Positions 6,391 to 14,533 of a DNA stretch of 55,750 nucleotides are shown piece by piece; positions within the stretch are counted from its first letter, which is position 1, and each line of letters opens with the position of its first letter. The notes under the pieces are model-generated. The model saw only the letters and a program-made list of their open reading frames with translations, was not told the origin of the DNA and did no database searches. Source of the stretch: an uncultured virus (IMG/VR IMGVR_UViG_3300042914_003776). Its lineage: Duplodnaviria; Heunggongvirae; Uroviricota; Caudoviricetes. The DNA lies in the IMG/VR virus record IMGVR_UViG_3300042914_003776, positions 62,001-117,750 of that record, one strand, 5' to 3'. The translations under genes were made by a program, and so were the position numbers.

Positions 6391-6425
6391 TTTTTTTCCT
6401 TTGTGTTTGTGTCTCGTATGTTCTT

Positions 6426-6454
6426 ATTATACCTTATCGGCCCAACCCCGTCAA
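6426..6454 (-). promoter_or_regulatory. Early sigma70-type promoter
   Basis: TTGACG-N17-TATAAT with CGAT. Confidence 0.8.
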
Positions 6455-6483
6455 GAGTTGAGCCGAATTTTTTTTTATTTTTT

Positions 6484-6681
6484 TTATCTTACAATGGCCA
6501 ACTTTGGAACTAGGCTTTTAGGCCCTTGTCGAATGTCAATTGCGGTTCCGTCCTTGCAAACTAGCATGATAGGAATCATCCAGTAGTCCTCTCCATCATA
6601 TTCAATCAAGAAAACATACTTGGTTCCGGCGTCAAGAGCAACTTCGTTGAGACCTACGGTGAACATGTTTAGCTTTTCCAT
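6484..6681 (-). CDS. Hypothetical early protein
   Basis: ORF track; conserved leader. Confidence 0.8.
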   Translation of the reverse strand: MEKLNMFTVGLNEVALDAGTKYVFLIEYDGEDYWMIPIMLVCKDGTAIDIRQGPKSLVPKLAIVR

Positions 6682-6722
6682 TTTTTCTTTCCTTTGTGTG
6701 AAACTGTCTTTCGTATGTTTGT

Positions 6723-6751
6723 ATTATACAATATCGACTCAACCCCGTCAA
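6723..6751 (-). promoter_or_regulatory. Early sigma70-type promoter
   Basis: TTGACG-N17-TATAAT; flank AACCCCGTCAAGAGTTGAGCCGAATTTTTTT shared with the 6426 promoter. Confidence 0.8.
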
Positions 6752-6779
6752 GAGTTGAGCCGAATTTTTTTTATTTTTT

Positions 6780-6956
6780 TTATTGGAACATATCCATTGC
6801 GATTGCGTGAAGTTCACAAGAATAGTTGTTCGTCAAGTAATCGCATTCCGCATCCGTCAATGGGCGATTTTCGACGATATGCCAGCCACCCCGGCAGAAC
6901 ACGGTATCATCGGCAGGTTCTAGTTCTAGGTCGATAACTTGGTTGATTGTAATCAT
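6780..6956 (-). CDS. 58-aa acidic hypothetical protein
   Basis: Manual translation MITINQVIDLELEPADDTVFCRGGWHIVENRPLTDAECDYL...MDMFQ. Confidence 0.75.
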   Translation of the reverse strand: MITINQVIDLELEPADDTVFCRGGWHIVENRPLTDAECDYLTNNYSCELHAIAMDMFQ

Positions 6957-6999
6957 TTTTTCTTTCCTTTGTGTTTGAAACTGTCTTTCGTATGTTCTT

Positions 7000-7028
7000 A
7001 TTATACCTTATCGACCAATCTTGGTCAA
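7000..7028 (-). promoter_or_regulatory. Early sigma70-type promoter
   Basis: TTGACC-N17-TATAAT with CGAT. Confidence 0.8.
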
Positions 7029-7033
7029 GAGCT

Positions 7034-7195
7034 TTAACCTAAAATTCCGTTTTTATTTTTAACCACTTCAACTAAGTAGCTATAGCTCTTGCTGGTATGA
7101 ACCGTACCATCCGCACAGCGAGCAATAAAATATTGCTGCTTTGTTCCGCGCAATCGGCACTCGATTTTCCAAACTAGTTTTTCTGTACTAAACAT
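7034..7195 (-). CDS. 53-aa hypothetical protein (first gene of the early array)
   Basis: Manual translation MFSTEKLVWKIECRLRGTKQQYFIARCADG...; conserved leader. Confidence 0.75.
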   Translation of the reverse strand: MFSTEKLVWKIECRLRGTKQQYFIARCADGTVHTSKSYSYLVEVVKNKNGILG

Positions 7196-7233
7196 TTTTT
7201 TTCCTTGTGTGAAACTGTCTTTCGTATGCTCTT

Positions 7234-7261
7234 ATTATACTCTAATTATCGCCATTGTCAA
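7234..7261 (-). promoter_or_regulatory. Early sigma70-type promoter
   Basis: TTGACA-N16-TATAAT. Confidence 0.85.
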
Positions 7262-7293
7262 TAGGAAACTTTATTTTTTATTTTTTTATTTTT

Positions 7294-7500
7294 CTAGTAT
7301 ACGGCCATATACTGTAAAAATGTATATCGTATTCTATTGTAAAGTATATTTCAGTATACCTATAAACCGCTGTACATAGTGTACAACCAGTATCATATAT
7401 CGTTGTACATAGTGTACTGGCATACCCCTAGTTTTTCGTTCACCCCCCCTGTCTAGCGACCCCCCGCCGGGGGGTGGGGTGGGTATTGCATACCAAGTCG
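7294..7500. repeat. Iteron-like GTA(T/C)A repeats plus GC-rich box; candidate genome end or origin
   Basis: TGTACATAGTGTAC at 7371-7384 and 7404-7417; many GTATA/GTACA; CCCCCCGCCGGGGGG at about 7460-7474. Confidence 0.55.
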
Positions 7501-7505
7501 CTAAT

Positions 7506-8450
7506 TTATATAGATAAAAAACCACCCTTAGCAACACAATGATCCTTATAGTATCTAAAAACAGCAGTATGGCCAACAATTGCTATATGGTCGGCTATTT
7601 CTCTAAAAGTTTTTCCTTCTTCCACCATTGATATAATTAGGTCTTTATATGGTTCCAGATTAGATTTTGCTTTTTTATATTTGTTTATAGCATTGTGCTT
7701 TGATGTAGAAGACTCTAAATGCTCTGGATTGCAGCATTTTCTATTATGGCATTTGTGATGAACTAAATATGGATAATCATTATAATGATAAGCATATGAA
7801 ACCCTATGACATAAATATTGTTTTTTATCATAGATAAAATAACCATAACCCTCTTTTGTCGCTTTTTGCCACTCCCAGCATCCATTATCAACCTTGATTA
7901 GATTTTTATCTACTTTATTTAAATATAGCTCTTTTAATGGAAAATCTGAATCTTGTTTATTTTTATTGTAAATAACGTCTTCGTGCAAAGAGATTATAAT
8001 TTCATGCTCTTTTTTTAGCAGCTTTTCCGGTGAACATTCTTCTATTATATAAAATAAAAAATCACTACCTATATTAAAATCTGTTTGCAAGCCTTTATTA
8101 TAATGATTATTTTTATTTAATTCTTTAAAATGTAGTTTTAATCTTTGTATTACATCTTCTGATGAGCCTATATACGCCTTATATAAATCATTTCTACAAA
8201 TAACATAAAGCCCACAGATAACTCTTGTTTCGTCTAAAGATATTTTATGCTTTAATAATTTAGATATATTTTTGTTTTTTACTTTATAATCTAGCCTGAT
8301 TGATCTTAGTTGACTTTTTGATATTTGATATTTTTCGCATATCTCTTTATTTGATAGCCTGCCATAGTTCTCTACAATTTCTTGGGCTTTATCGTGTTTT
8401 AAAGTATTTCTTTTTTTATATAAGGATTTTTTGCCTTTTGGTCTAGCCAT
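7506..8450 (-). CDS. GIY-YIG plus HNH (His-Me finger) double-nuclease homing-type endonuclease
   Basis: GLY..YIGSS..RL..H (GIY-YIG) and CWEW..GYG..HRVSY..HHKCHNRKCCNPEHL (HNH); start moved to MARPKG with AGGAG RBS. Confidence 0.85.
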   Translation of the reverse strand: MARPKGKKSLYKKRNTLKHDKAQEIVENYGRLSNKEICEKYQISKSQLRSIRLDYKVKNKNISKLLKHKISLDETRVICGLYVICRNDLYKAYIGSSEDVIQRLKLHFKELNKNNHYNKGLQTDFNIGSDFLFYIIEECSPEKLLKKEHEIIISLHEDVIYNKNKQDSDFPLKELYLNKVDKNLIKVDNGCWEWQKATKEGYGYFIYDKKQYLCHRVSYAYHYNDYPYLVHHKCHNRKCCNPEHLESSTSKHNAINKYKKAKSNLEPYKDLIISMVEEGKTFREIADHIAIVGHTAVFRYYKDHCVAKGGFLSI

Positions 8451-8487
8451 ATAATATCTCCTGTAAAAAAGGGGGTCTGCATATAGA

Positions 8488-8493
8488 TACACA
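8488..8493 (-). promoter_or_regulatory. Putative late promoter motif TGTGTA
   Basis: Same motif as upstream of structural operons. Confidence 0.5.
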
Positions 8494-8585
8494 AAAAACT
8501 ACCTAGCACAACAAGCTCCTTCTTTTCAATATGTTATGCCCCTACTATTAACTGCATCCCCTTTCTGCTTTTTGTGCTATGCTCG

Positions 8586-9020
8586 CTAACTGTGACCCGG
8601 CTCTGTAGGCTTCCTTAAAAGCGGCATCATTGCTTCTTCTGGGGTACGATTACCCTTCTTAAAGTTGCAATCTCTGCATGCACACACCAGATTTTCCCAA
8701 GTGTTTCTACCGTTTCTACTTTGAGGCAAAACGTGATCTAGAGTTAAGTGTTCAGGCTTTTCACAGCCACAGTACTGACACGTATAATTGTCTCTTAAAA
8801 ATACGTTACGTTTATTAGGAACGAACCTCTTATTTCTTTTAACGTACTTCTTGACCATAACTATCTTAGGAACTTGATAGTAGTCACCCCCGGCACTTAA
8901 AATAGGGTTTGGCCAAAATTCAATAGCTTGAACTACGCCTTTTAATAAAAGGACCATTCCTTTCTGCCAGCTACTAATAGTGATGACAGAATAATCCAAA
9001 TTAAGTATAGTTGTTCTCAT
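8586..9020 (-). CDS. HNH endonuclease (McrA/HNH_5-like)
   Basis: RDNYTCQYCG..LTLDHVLPQSRNG..WENLVCACRDCNFKKG. Confidence 0.92.
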   Translation of the reverse strand: MRTTILNLDYSVITISSWQKGMVLLLKGVVQAIEFWPNPILSAGGDYYQVPKIVMVKKYVKRNKRFVPNKRNVFLRDNYTCQYCGCEKPEHLTLDHVLPQSRNGRNTWENLVCACRDCNFKKGNRTPEEAMMPLLRKPTEPGHS

Positions 9021-9044
9021 AATTTTTATCCTTTTTCTGTATTT

Positions 9045-9056
9045 AGTGTATATTAT
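9045..9056 (+). promoter_or_regulatory. Putative late promoter motif (GTGTATATTAT)
   Basis: GTGTAW motif upstream of the plus-strand operon. Confidence 0.55.
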
Positions 9057-9084
9057 AAAATAGGTTTATATAAAGGAGAAAATA

Positions 9085-9294
9085 ATGCATAATATAATAC
9101 CGCCCGGCGAATATGTTGTCAAGGGCACTGAAGAATTAAATAAACAAGTGGCCCGGGAATTAGATATTCCTGACGAACCAAAACACACCACCGCACAGCT
9201 TTTCGAAGAAGGAGAGGAAATTGGAAGTAGACGACGAAACCCTACAGAAGATAATAAAGATAGCGAAGGCACTAGCTCCAAAGTACACATTTGA
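9085..9294 (+). CDS. Hypothetical protein overlapping the sigma gene
   Basis: Strong RBS AAGGAG; 74-nt out-of-frame overlap with 9221..9706. Confidence 0.55.
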   Translation: MHNIIPPGEYVVKGTEELNKQVARELDIPDEPKHTTAQLFEEGEEIGSRRRNPTEDNKDSEGTSSKVHI

Positions 9295-9706
9295 TTGTCA
9301 TAGTAAAGAAGATATCGAACAAGAAGCAATCATGATGGGCATCGAGGCATTGCCCCGGTACGATTCGGCTCGGCCCCTTGAAAACTTTCTTTACACCCAT
9401 ATTAGCAACCGGCTAAAAAATTTCAAGAGGGATAATTATTTTCGGCCAAATTCTGAGGGCGAACCCGAAAAGGTTCAGCAAAGTAAGAAGAATATTCTAG
9501 ATGCCGGGTCCCTAAACGAGGGGGCTATCTACTTTGAGCCCGACTTGGATGACTATCTAGACAGCCGAGAAGCTGTAGAAAAAGTCCGGGCAGCCCTGCC
9601 AGCTTCTTATCGTAAAGACTATCTGAAGCTATGTGCCGGGGTAAGAGTGTCGGCCCATAGAAAGCAGGAGATTTATTCTTTAATTAAGGAAATTTTAGAT
9701 GGCTAG
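9221..9706 (+). CDS. Phage sigma70-family sigma factor (region 2)
   Basis: EDIEQEAIMMGIEALPRYD..LENFLYTHISNRLKNFKRD; TTG start with GGAGAGG RBS. Confidence 0.85.
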   Translation: MEVDDETLQKIIKIAKALAPKYTFDCHSKEDIEQEAIMMGIEALPRYDSARPLENFLYTHISNRLKNFKRDNYFRPNSEGEPEKVQQSKKNILDAGSLNEGAIYFEPDLDDYLDSREAVEKVRAALPASYRKDYLKLCAGVRVSAHRKQEIYSLIKEILDG

Positions 9707-10493
9707 TTTAAAGACCGGGCGTTTCTCAATATCCGAAATAGGCTATATTAGGGCGAACGTAGATCGGCAAAGCGTAGACGAGATAGCCGGGCATCTTAAC
9801 CGGGACCCCATATCGGTCCATAACTGGATCGCTAAAAATGTGGGGTTTTCATCGGGCGAAAAAAGGGAGGCTGAAGTCCATCAAGAACTCAAGGGGCGAC
9901 CATATTATAAGGAACTCGCCAAGCAGTTTTCAGAAGATGAGCTGGCAATGTTTGAGTTTCATTTTAAAAAGATGTGGGCCCAGTTCAAAGATGACGTTTT
10001 CCATACCGAAGAGATGCAAATTATCGACTTGGTAAAATTAGAAATATTAATGAACCGCATACTCCGGGGCCAGCAGGAAACAGTAGAAAAGATATACCGG
10101 CTTGAGGACGAGCTTCAAGACGCAGAAAGGGCCGACGATAAAGATACGGCGATGGCTCTGGAAAGACAGATTGCCACGCTCCGGGCATCACAGGAAACGA
10201 TGTCCCGGGACTTTAAAGATTTGCAGGCCCGTAAATCTGCTTTATATAAAGATCTAAAGGGTACGCGCGAACAGCGTATTAAGGCGATTGAAGATCATCG
10301 CCAGACATTCCCAACTTTAATTACCAAAGTAATGACGGACCCTAAATACCGGCAGGATATGGCCACTTATATCGAAAAGATGCGGCTGGCTACGGAAAAA
10401 GAAAGGGCCCGGTTATCTGAGTTAATTTCCTATGAGGACAATATACCAGATAGACCATTGTTAAACTCTGACTCTACAATGAAGGACGAATAA
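9699..10493 (+). CDS. Putative terminase small subunit (N-terminal HTH, coiled coil)
   Basis: SVDEIAGHLNRDPISVHNWI HTH-like; lies upstream of the large terminase. Confidence 0.5.
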   Translation: MASLKTGRFSISEIGYIRANVDRQSVDEIAGHLNRDPISVHNWIAKNVGFSSGEKREAEVHQELKGRPYYKELAKQFSEDELAMFEFHFKKMWAQFKDDVFHTEEMQIIDLVKLEILMNRILRGQQETVEKIYRLEDELQDAERADDKDTAMALERQIATLRASQETMSRDFKDLQARKSALYKDLKGTREQRIKAIEDHRQTFPTLITKVMTDPKYRQDMATYIEKMRLATEKERARLSELISYEDNIPDRPLLNSDSTMKDE

Positions 10494-10495
10494 AA

Positions 10496-10744
10496 ATGAC
10501 ACCAGAAAATTTTATATATTGGATACAGGGATTTTTTGAAATACAAGACCCAAAAAATATTACTGAACAACAGGTCCAGATTATTAAAGACCATATAGCA
10601 CTAGTGCTAAAAAAAGATACGCCGCAATATACGCTAAATTTTATTAAGAGCGATTCATCAGAAATATATTGCTTAAATCAGAAGCCTCCTCTACCAACAA
10701 ATCCAGTAAATAACATTGTATTACCATTCGGAGGATCTTGTTAA
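10496..10744 (+). CDS. Conserved phage hypothetical protein
   Basis: MTPENFIYWIQGFFE start; operonic position. Confidence 0.75.
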   Translation: MTPENFIYWIQGFFEIQDPKNITEQQVQIIKDHIALVLKKDTPQYTLNFIKSDSSEIYCLNQKPPLPTNPVNNIVLPFGGSC

Positions 10745-11820
10745 TGAAAACAGCCATAATATACGGCGTCACCGGGCAGGACGGGTTTTATTTAACCCAA
10801 GAATTACTAAGGCACAATTATCAAGTAGTTGGTGTTACGCGAAGATCAAGCACTAATAATACCACTAGATTGACCCCTTTTCTTACCAACAAAAATTTAA
10901 CGCTTATAGAGGGCGATGTAACCGACTGTTTTTCTATAGCGAATTTAATAAACAAATATAGGCCCGACGAAATTTATAATCTTGCTGCACAGTCCCATGT
11001 GGCAACCTCGTTTGTCCAGCCTTCTTTGACTTGGGATATTACGGCCGGGGGATGTTTAAATATACTTGAGGCGATACGAAATGTTAGCCCGGGTATTAAG
11101 TTTTATCAGGCTTCTTCAAGCGAAATGTTTGGTAAAAATTATACGACCGCAGCCGATGGTAAAAAGTATCAAAATGAGGACACTCCGATGATGCCACAGT
11201 CGCCATATGCTATTGCCAAATTGGCGGCACATCACTTGGTAAGAAACTACCGGGACTCCTATGGCACCTTTGCATGCTCTGGTATTCTCTTTAATCATGA
11301 GAGCGCTCATAGGGGTGAGAATTTTGTTACCAGAAAGATTACCAAGTGGATAGGGGGATTGTGTGCCCTATCAAGAGAAAATAACGATATAGTATTTTAT
11401 GATGATTATATATTGTGCGGCAATACTAAATATCCAAAGCTAAGACTAGGCAACCTAGAGGCTAAAAGAGACTGGGGACATGCAAAAGATTACTGCCGGG
11501 CCATGTATTTAATGCTACAACAAGATACCCCGGACGATTATGTTGTTTCTACCCAAGAAACCCACAGTGTTAAAGAGTTTTTAGATACGGCCTTTAAGGT
11601 GGCTCATTTGGGCGATTATAATAATTATATTGTTATAGATCCCGCTTTTTATAGACCAGCCGAGGTTGATTACTTATTGGGAGATTCTACTAAAGCTAGA
11701 ACAGTTTTAAAGTGGACCCCTGAATATGATTTTGCTTCTTTAGTAGAAGAAATGGTGGAGCACGATATACATGAGGCAGAGAAGACAAGATTCGGAATTG
11801 CGCAAGTCAGTTCTCGTTAG
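10744..11820 (+). CDS. gmd: GDP-mannose 4,6-dehydratase
   Basis: GVTGQDG, EIYNLAAQSHV, QASSSEMFG, SPYAIAK, GILFNHES..RGENFVTRKI, RDWGHAKDY, RPAEVDYLLGD; ATG at 10744. Confidence 0.97.
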   Translation: MKTAIIYGVTGQDGFYLTQELLRHNYQVVGVTRRSSTNNTTRLTPFLTNKNLTLIEGDVTDCFSIANLINKYRPDEIYNLAAQSHVATSFVQPSLTWDITAGGCLNILEAIRNVSPGIKFYQASSSEMFGKNYTTAADGKKYQNEDTPMMPQSPYAIAKLAAHHLVRNYRDSYGTFACSGILFNHESAHRGENFVTRKITKWIGGLCALSRENNDIVFYDDYILCGNTKYPKLRLGNLEAKRDWGHAKDYCRAMYLMLQQDTPDDYVVSTQETHSVKEFLDTAFKVAHLGDYNNYIVIDPAFYRPAEVDYLLGDSTKARTVLKWTPEYDFASLVEEMVEHDIHEAEKTRFGIAQVSSR

Positions 11821-12022
11821 AGATAAACATACGTGCCAGCTTTGTTTTAAAAAGAAAAGGGCCCGGTATTTACAGGTGCACCATATCAGGATGTGGTCTA
11901 GGTCGGCCCATTTAAGATTTGAGCCGGGCAACTGTATTACGTTATGTATTCCTTGCCATAAATCAATTAGGGGCAAAGAACATCATTACGAAAGTTATTT
12001 TATGAGGATTATTAATGAGTGA
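11771..12022 (+). CDS. Small HNH endonuclease (packaging-associated type)
   Basis: RDKHTCQLC..VHHI..RFEPGNCITLCIPCH. Confidence 0.88.
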   Translation: MRQRRQDSELRKSVLVRDKHTCQLCFKKKRARYLQVHHIRMWSRSAHLRFEPGNCITLCIPCHKSIRGKEHHYESYFMRIINE

Positions 12023-12509
12023 ATATATAATATTGAGAGACACTAGAGAAAAACAAGGCTGGGATTTTCCCCGGGACAATTTGTGTCTGGGAGTTGAGGA
12101 TGTTGCCCTAAAGACCGGGGACTACACTATGAAAGGATATGAAAACGTAATTTGTATAGAGCGTAAAAAGGAAGTATCCGAAATAGCTGGAAATATTGGT
12201 AAATATAAAAAAAGATTTGAGGCCGAACTACAGAGACTCACAGCCTTTAGATATTCATATATTATTTGTGAATTTAGTTTACAGGACATAATAGATTATC
12301 CAAAGTTTTCACATATACCACAAAAGAGAAGACAGAACATAGTTATTACCGGAAAGTATGTCCTAAAATGCCTAATAGAATATCAGCTAAAATATGGCGT
12401 ACATGTTATGTTTTGCGAAAATCCTGAAAACGCCGCCCATTTTGCCCGGAGCCTTATGAAAAGAATACATGAAATGCTAGAGAAAGAAAATGATCTCAAT
12501 AGAAAATAA
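12015..12509 (+). CDS. ERCC4/XPF-domain nuclease
   Basis: DTRE..LKTGDY..IERK motif. Confidence 0.85.
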   Translation: MSEYIILRDTREKQGWDFPRDNLCLGVEDVALKTGDYTMKGYENVICIERKKEVSEIAGNIGKYKKRFEAELQRLTAFRYSYIICEFSLQDIIDYPKFSHIPQKRRQNIVITGKYVLKCLIEYQLKYGVHVMFCENPENAAHFARSLMKRIHEMLEKENDLNRK

Positions 12510-14472
12510 ACTAAAAGATGCTTGGCTAAACATAGAAGTTAATGAAAACGATCTATTTAATCCTTTATCTATATTAGACGAAGTAGAAGACGTTGAGCAA
12601 TATATAGAGCGCATAACTTGGTTAATGGCCCAGCCCGAGTATTTTTCTTTTATTACAAAATATGTATTAAATCTTGAGCTTGCCCCTTTCCAGTATGTCG
12701 TTTTACAGGAAATGTGGAATAAAAAATTTCCAATGCTCATCGGTAGCCGTGGTATGTCTAAGTCTTTTACTATGGCTGTATACTGTATATTAAGATGCTT
12801 GCTTATGCCACGTAGAAAAATTATCGTGGTCGGTGCGGCTTTCCGCCAGTCCAAAGTTATTTTCGAATATATGGAAACGATTTGGAAGAATGCTCCGATA
12901 TTAAGGGATTTGTGTGATAAAGATAGCGGGCCTTCTAGAGACATAGATAGGTGCGTTCTTAGGATTAACGGTGGAACTATTACCTGCCTACCTCTGGGCA
13001 ATGGCGAAAAAATTAGAGGTCAGCGCGCTAACGACATTATAGCCGACGAATTTGCTTCTATACCGAGAGATATTTTTGAAAACGTTGTAGCGGGTTTTGC
13101 GTCAGTTTCAGCTTCGCCAATAGAAAATATTAAGCTAAAAGCATCAAGGAAAAAGGCCAAAGAGCTTGGTGTTGTGTGGGAAGACCATTTAGAGGATGCT
13201 GGAACTATACATGCCACAAACCAGATTATATTATCAGGTACAGCATACTATGAATTTAATCACTTTGCCCAATACTGGAAAAAATATAAAAGCATTGTAG
13301 AGACCAAGGGCAACTATAAAAAACTAACAGAAGTATTAGGCTCTCCACCAAGCCCAGATTTTAATTGGGCAGATTATACAATACTAAGAATACCAGTTAA
13401 TTATTTGCCGGAAGGATTCATGGATGAAGCTCAGATAGAGCGAGCTAGGGCCACTGTTCACTCCGGCATCTTTCAGATGGAATATGGCTCAGTATTTACC
13501 TCAGACTCTCAGGGCTTCTTTAAACGCAGCTTGATTGAGTCTTGTTGCGTGTCAAACGATAATCCTATTAAGCTACCAAGCGGAGACGTTTTCTTTGAGC
13601 CACTGCTTACGGGCAGTCAGCAGAAACAATATGTTTATGGAGTTGACCCAGCTTCGGAAGTGGATAATTTTAGCATAGTCGTATTAGAAATAAATGACGA
13701 TCATAGAAGAATAGTTCATTGCTGGACTACTAATAGGCAAGAGCACAAAAATAGGGTCAAGTCTGGGCTAGCAGAAGAGGATGATTTTTATTCTTATTGT
13801 GCTAGAAAAATACGTAATCTAATGAAGATATTTCCCTGTAGAGAAATCGCTATGGACTCTCAGGGTGGCGGTATAGCGGTCATGGAAGCACTGCACGACA
13901 AAGATAAGATCAGGGACGGAGAACTACCGATATGGCCGACAATAGATGCAGAAAGCCCAAAGGATACAGACGACAATCCGGGCCTACATATATTAAAAAT
14001 GTGCAACTTTGCTAAAGCAGACTGGCTTAGCGAAGCTAACCACGGTCTGCGTAAAGACATGGAGGACAAAGTCCTTCTTTTCCCATATTTTGATGCTGTT
14101 AGCTTGGGCCTATCATCAGAATTAGATAATTTAGAGAATCGGCTTTATGATACAAGAGAAGATTGTATTTTAGAAATAGAAGAACTTAAAAATGAATTAT
14201 CTATGATTGTAATCAGCCAAACACAAAGCGGCAGAGAACGATGGGATACGCCTGAAACTAAAATAGGTATAAATAAAAAACTTAAACTAAGAAAAGATAG
14301 ATATTCTTCTTTACTAATGGCCAATATGTCGGCTAGATCTAAGCCCTCTGTTAATGTGATAGAGTCTTATACATGCATAGGCGGATTTGCTCAATCTTAT
14401 AATTCTAATGATTCTGATGATAGCGATGAAGACCTATATTATGGACCCCAGTGGTGGTCGCCAGAATACTAA
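12490..14472 (+). CDS. terL: Terminase large subunit
   Basis: Walker A-like GSRGMSKS, IRGQRA, Walker B IIADEF, RNase H YGVDPA and KDRYS. Confidence 0.93.
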   Translation: MISIENKLKDAWLNIEVNENDLFNPLSILDEVEDVEQYIERITWLMAQPEYFSFITKYVLNLELAPFQYVVLQEMWNKKFPMLIGSRGMSKSFTMAVYCILRCLLMPRRKIIVVGAAFRQSKVIFEYMETIWKNAPILRDLCDKDSGPSRDIDRCVLRINGGTITCLPLGNGEKIRGQRANDIIADEFASIPRDIFENVVAGFASVSASPIENIKLKASRKKAKELGVVWEDHLEDAGTIHATNQIILSGTAYYEFNHFAQYWKKYKSIVETKGNYKKLTEVLGSPPSPDFNWADYTILRIPVNYLPEGFMDEAQIERARATVHSGIFQMEYGSVFTSDSQGFFKRSLIESCCVSNDNPIKLPSGDVFFEPLLTGSQQKQYVYGVDPASEVDNFSIVVLEINDDHRRIVHCWTTNRQEHKNRVKSGLAEEDDFYSYCARKIRNLMKIFPCREIAMDSQGGGIAVMEALHDKDKIRDGELPIWPTIDAESPKDTDDNPGLHILKMCNFAKADWLSEANHGLRKDMEDKVLLFPYFDAVSLGLSSELDNLENRLYDTREDCILEIEELKNELSMIVISQTQSGRERWDTPETKIGINKKLKLRKDRYSSLLMANMSARSKPSVNVIESYTCIGGFAQSYNSNDSDDSDEDLYYGPQWWSPEY

Positions 14473-14475
14473 TTC

Positions 14476-14481
14476 TGTGTA
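14476..14481 (+). promoter_or_regulatory. Putative late promoter motif TGTGTA
   Basis: Intergenic, upstream of portal. Confidence 0.6.
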
Positions 14482-14533
14482 TAGAATTATGTAATGGTAT
14501 TACTAATTCAATTACAGGGGTTTTAATCAAATT

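Noticed and set aside
588..7500. CRISPR or mini-CRISPR array
   Set aside because: Repeats are dispersed or degenerate, with no constant repeat-spacer period and no cas genes; only two copies of the 14-mer at 7371 and 7404
7334..7579. 81-aa minus-strand ORF with VHYVQR repeat
   Set aside because: Arises from the DNA palindromic repeats; no RBS, and it overlaps the nuclease gene end
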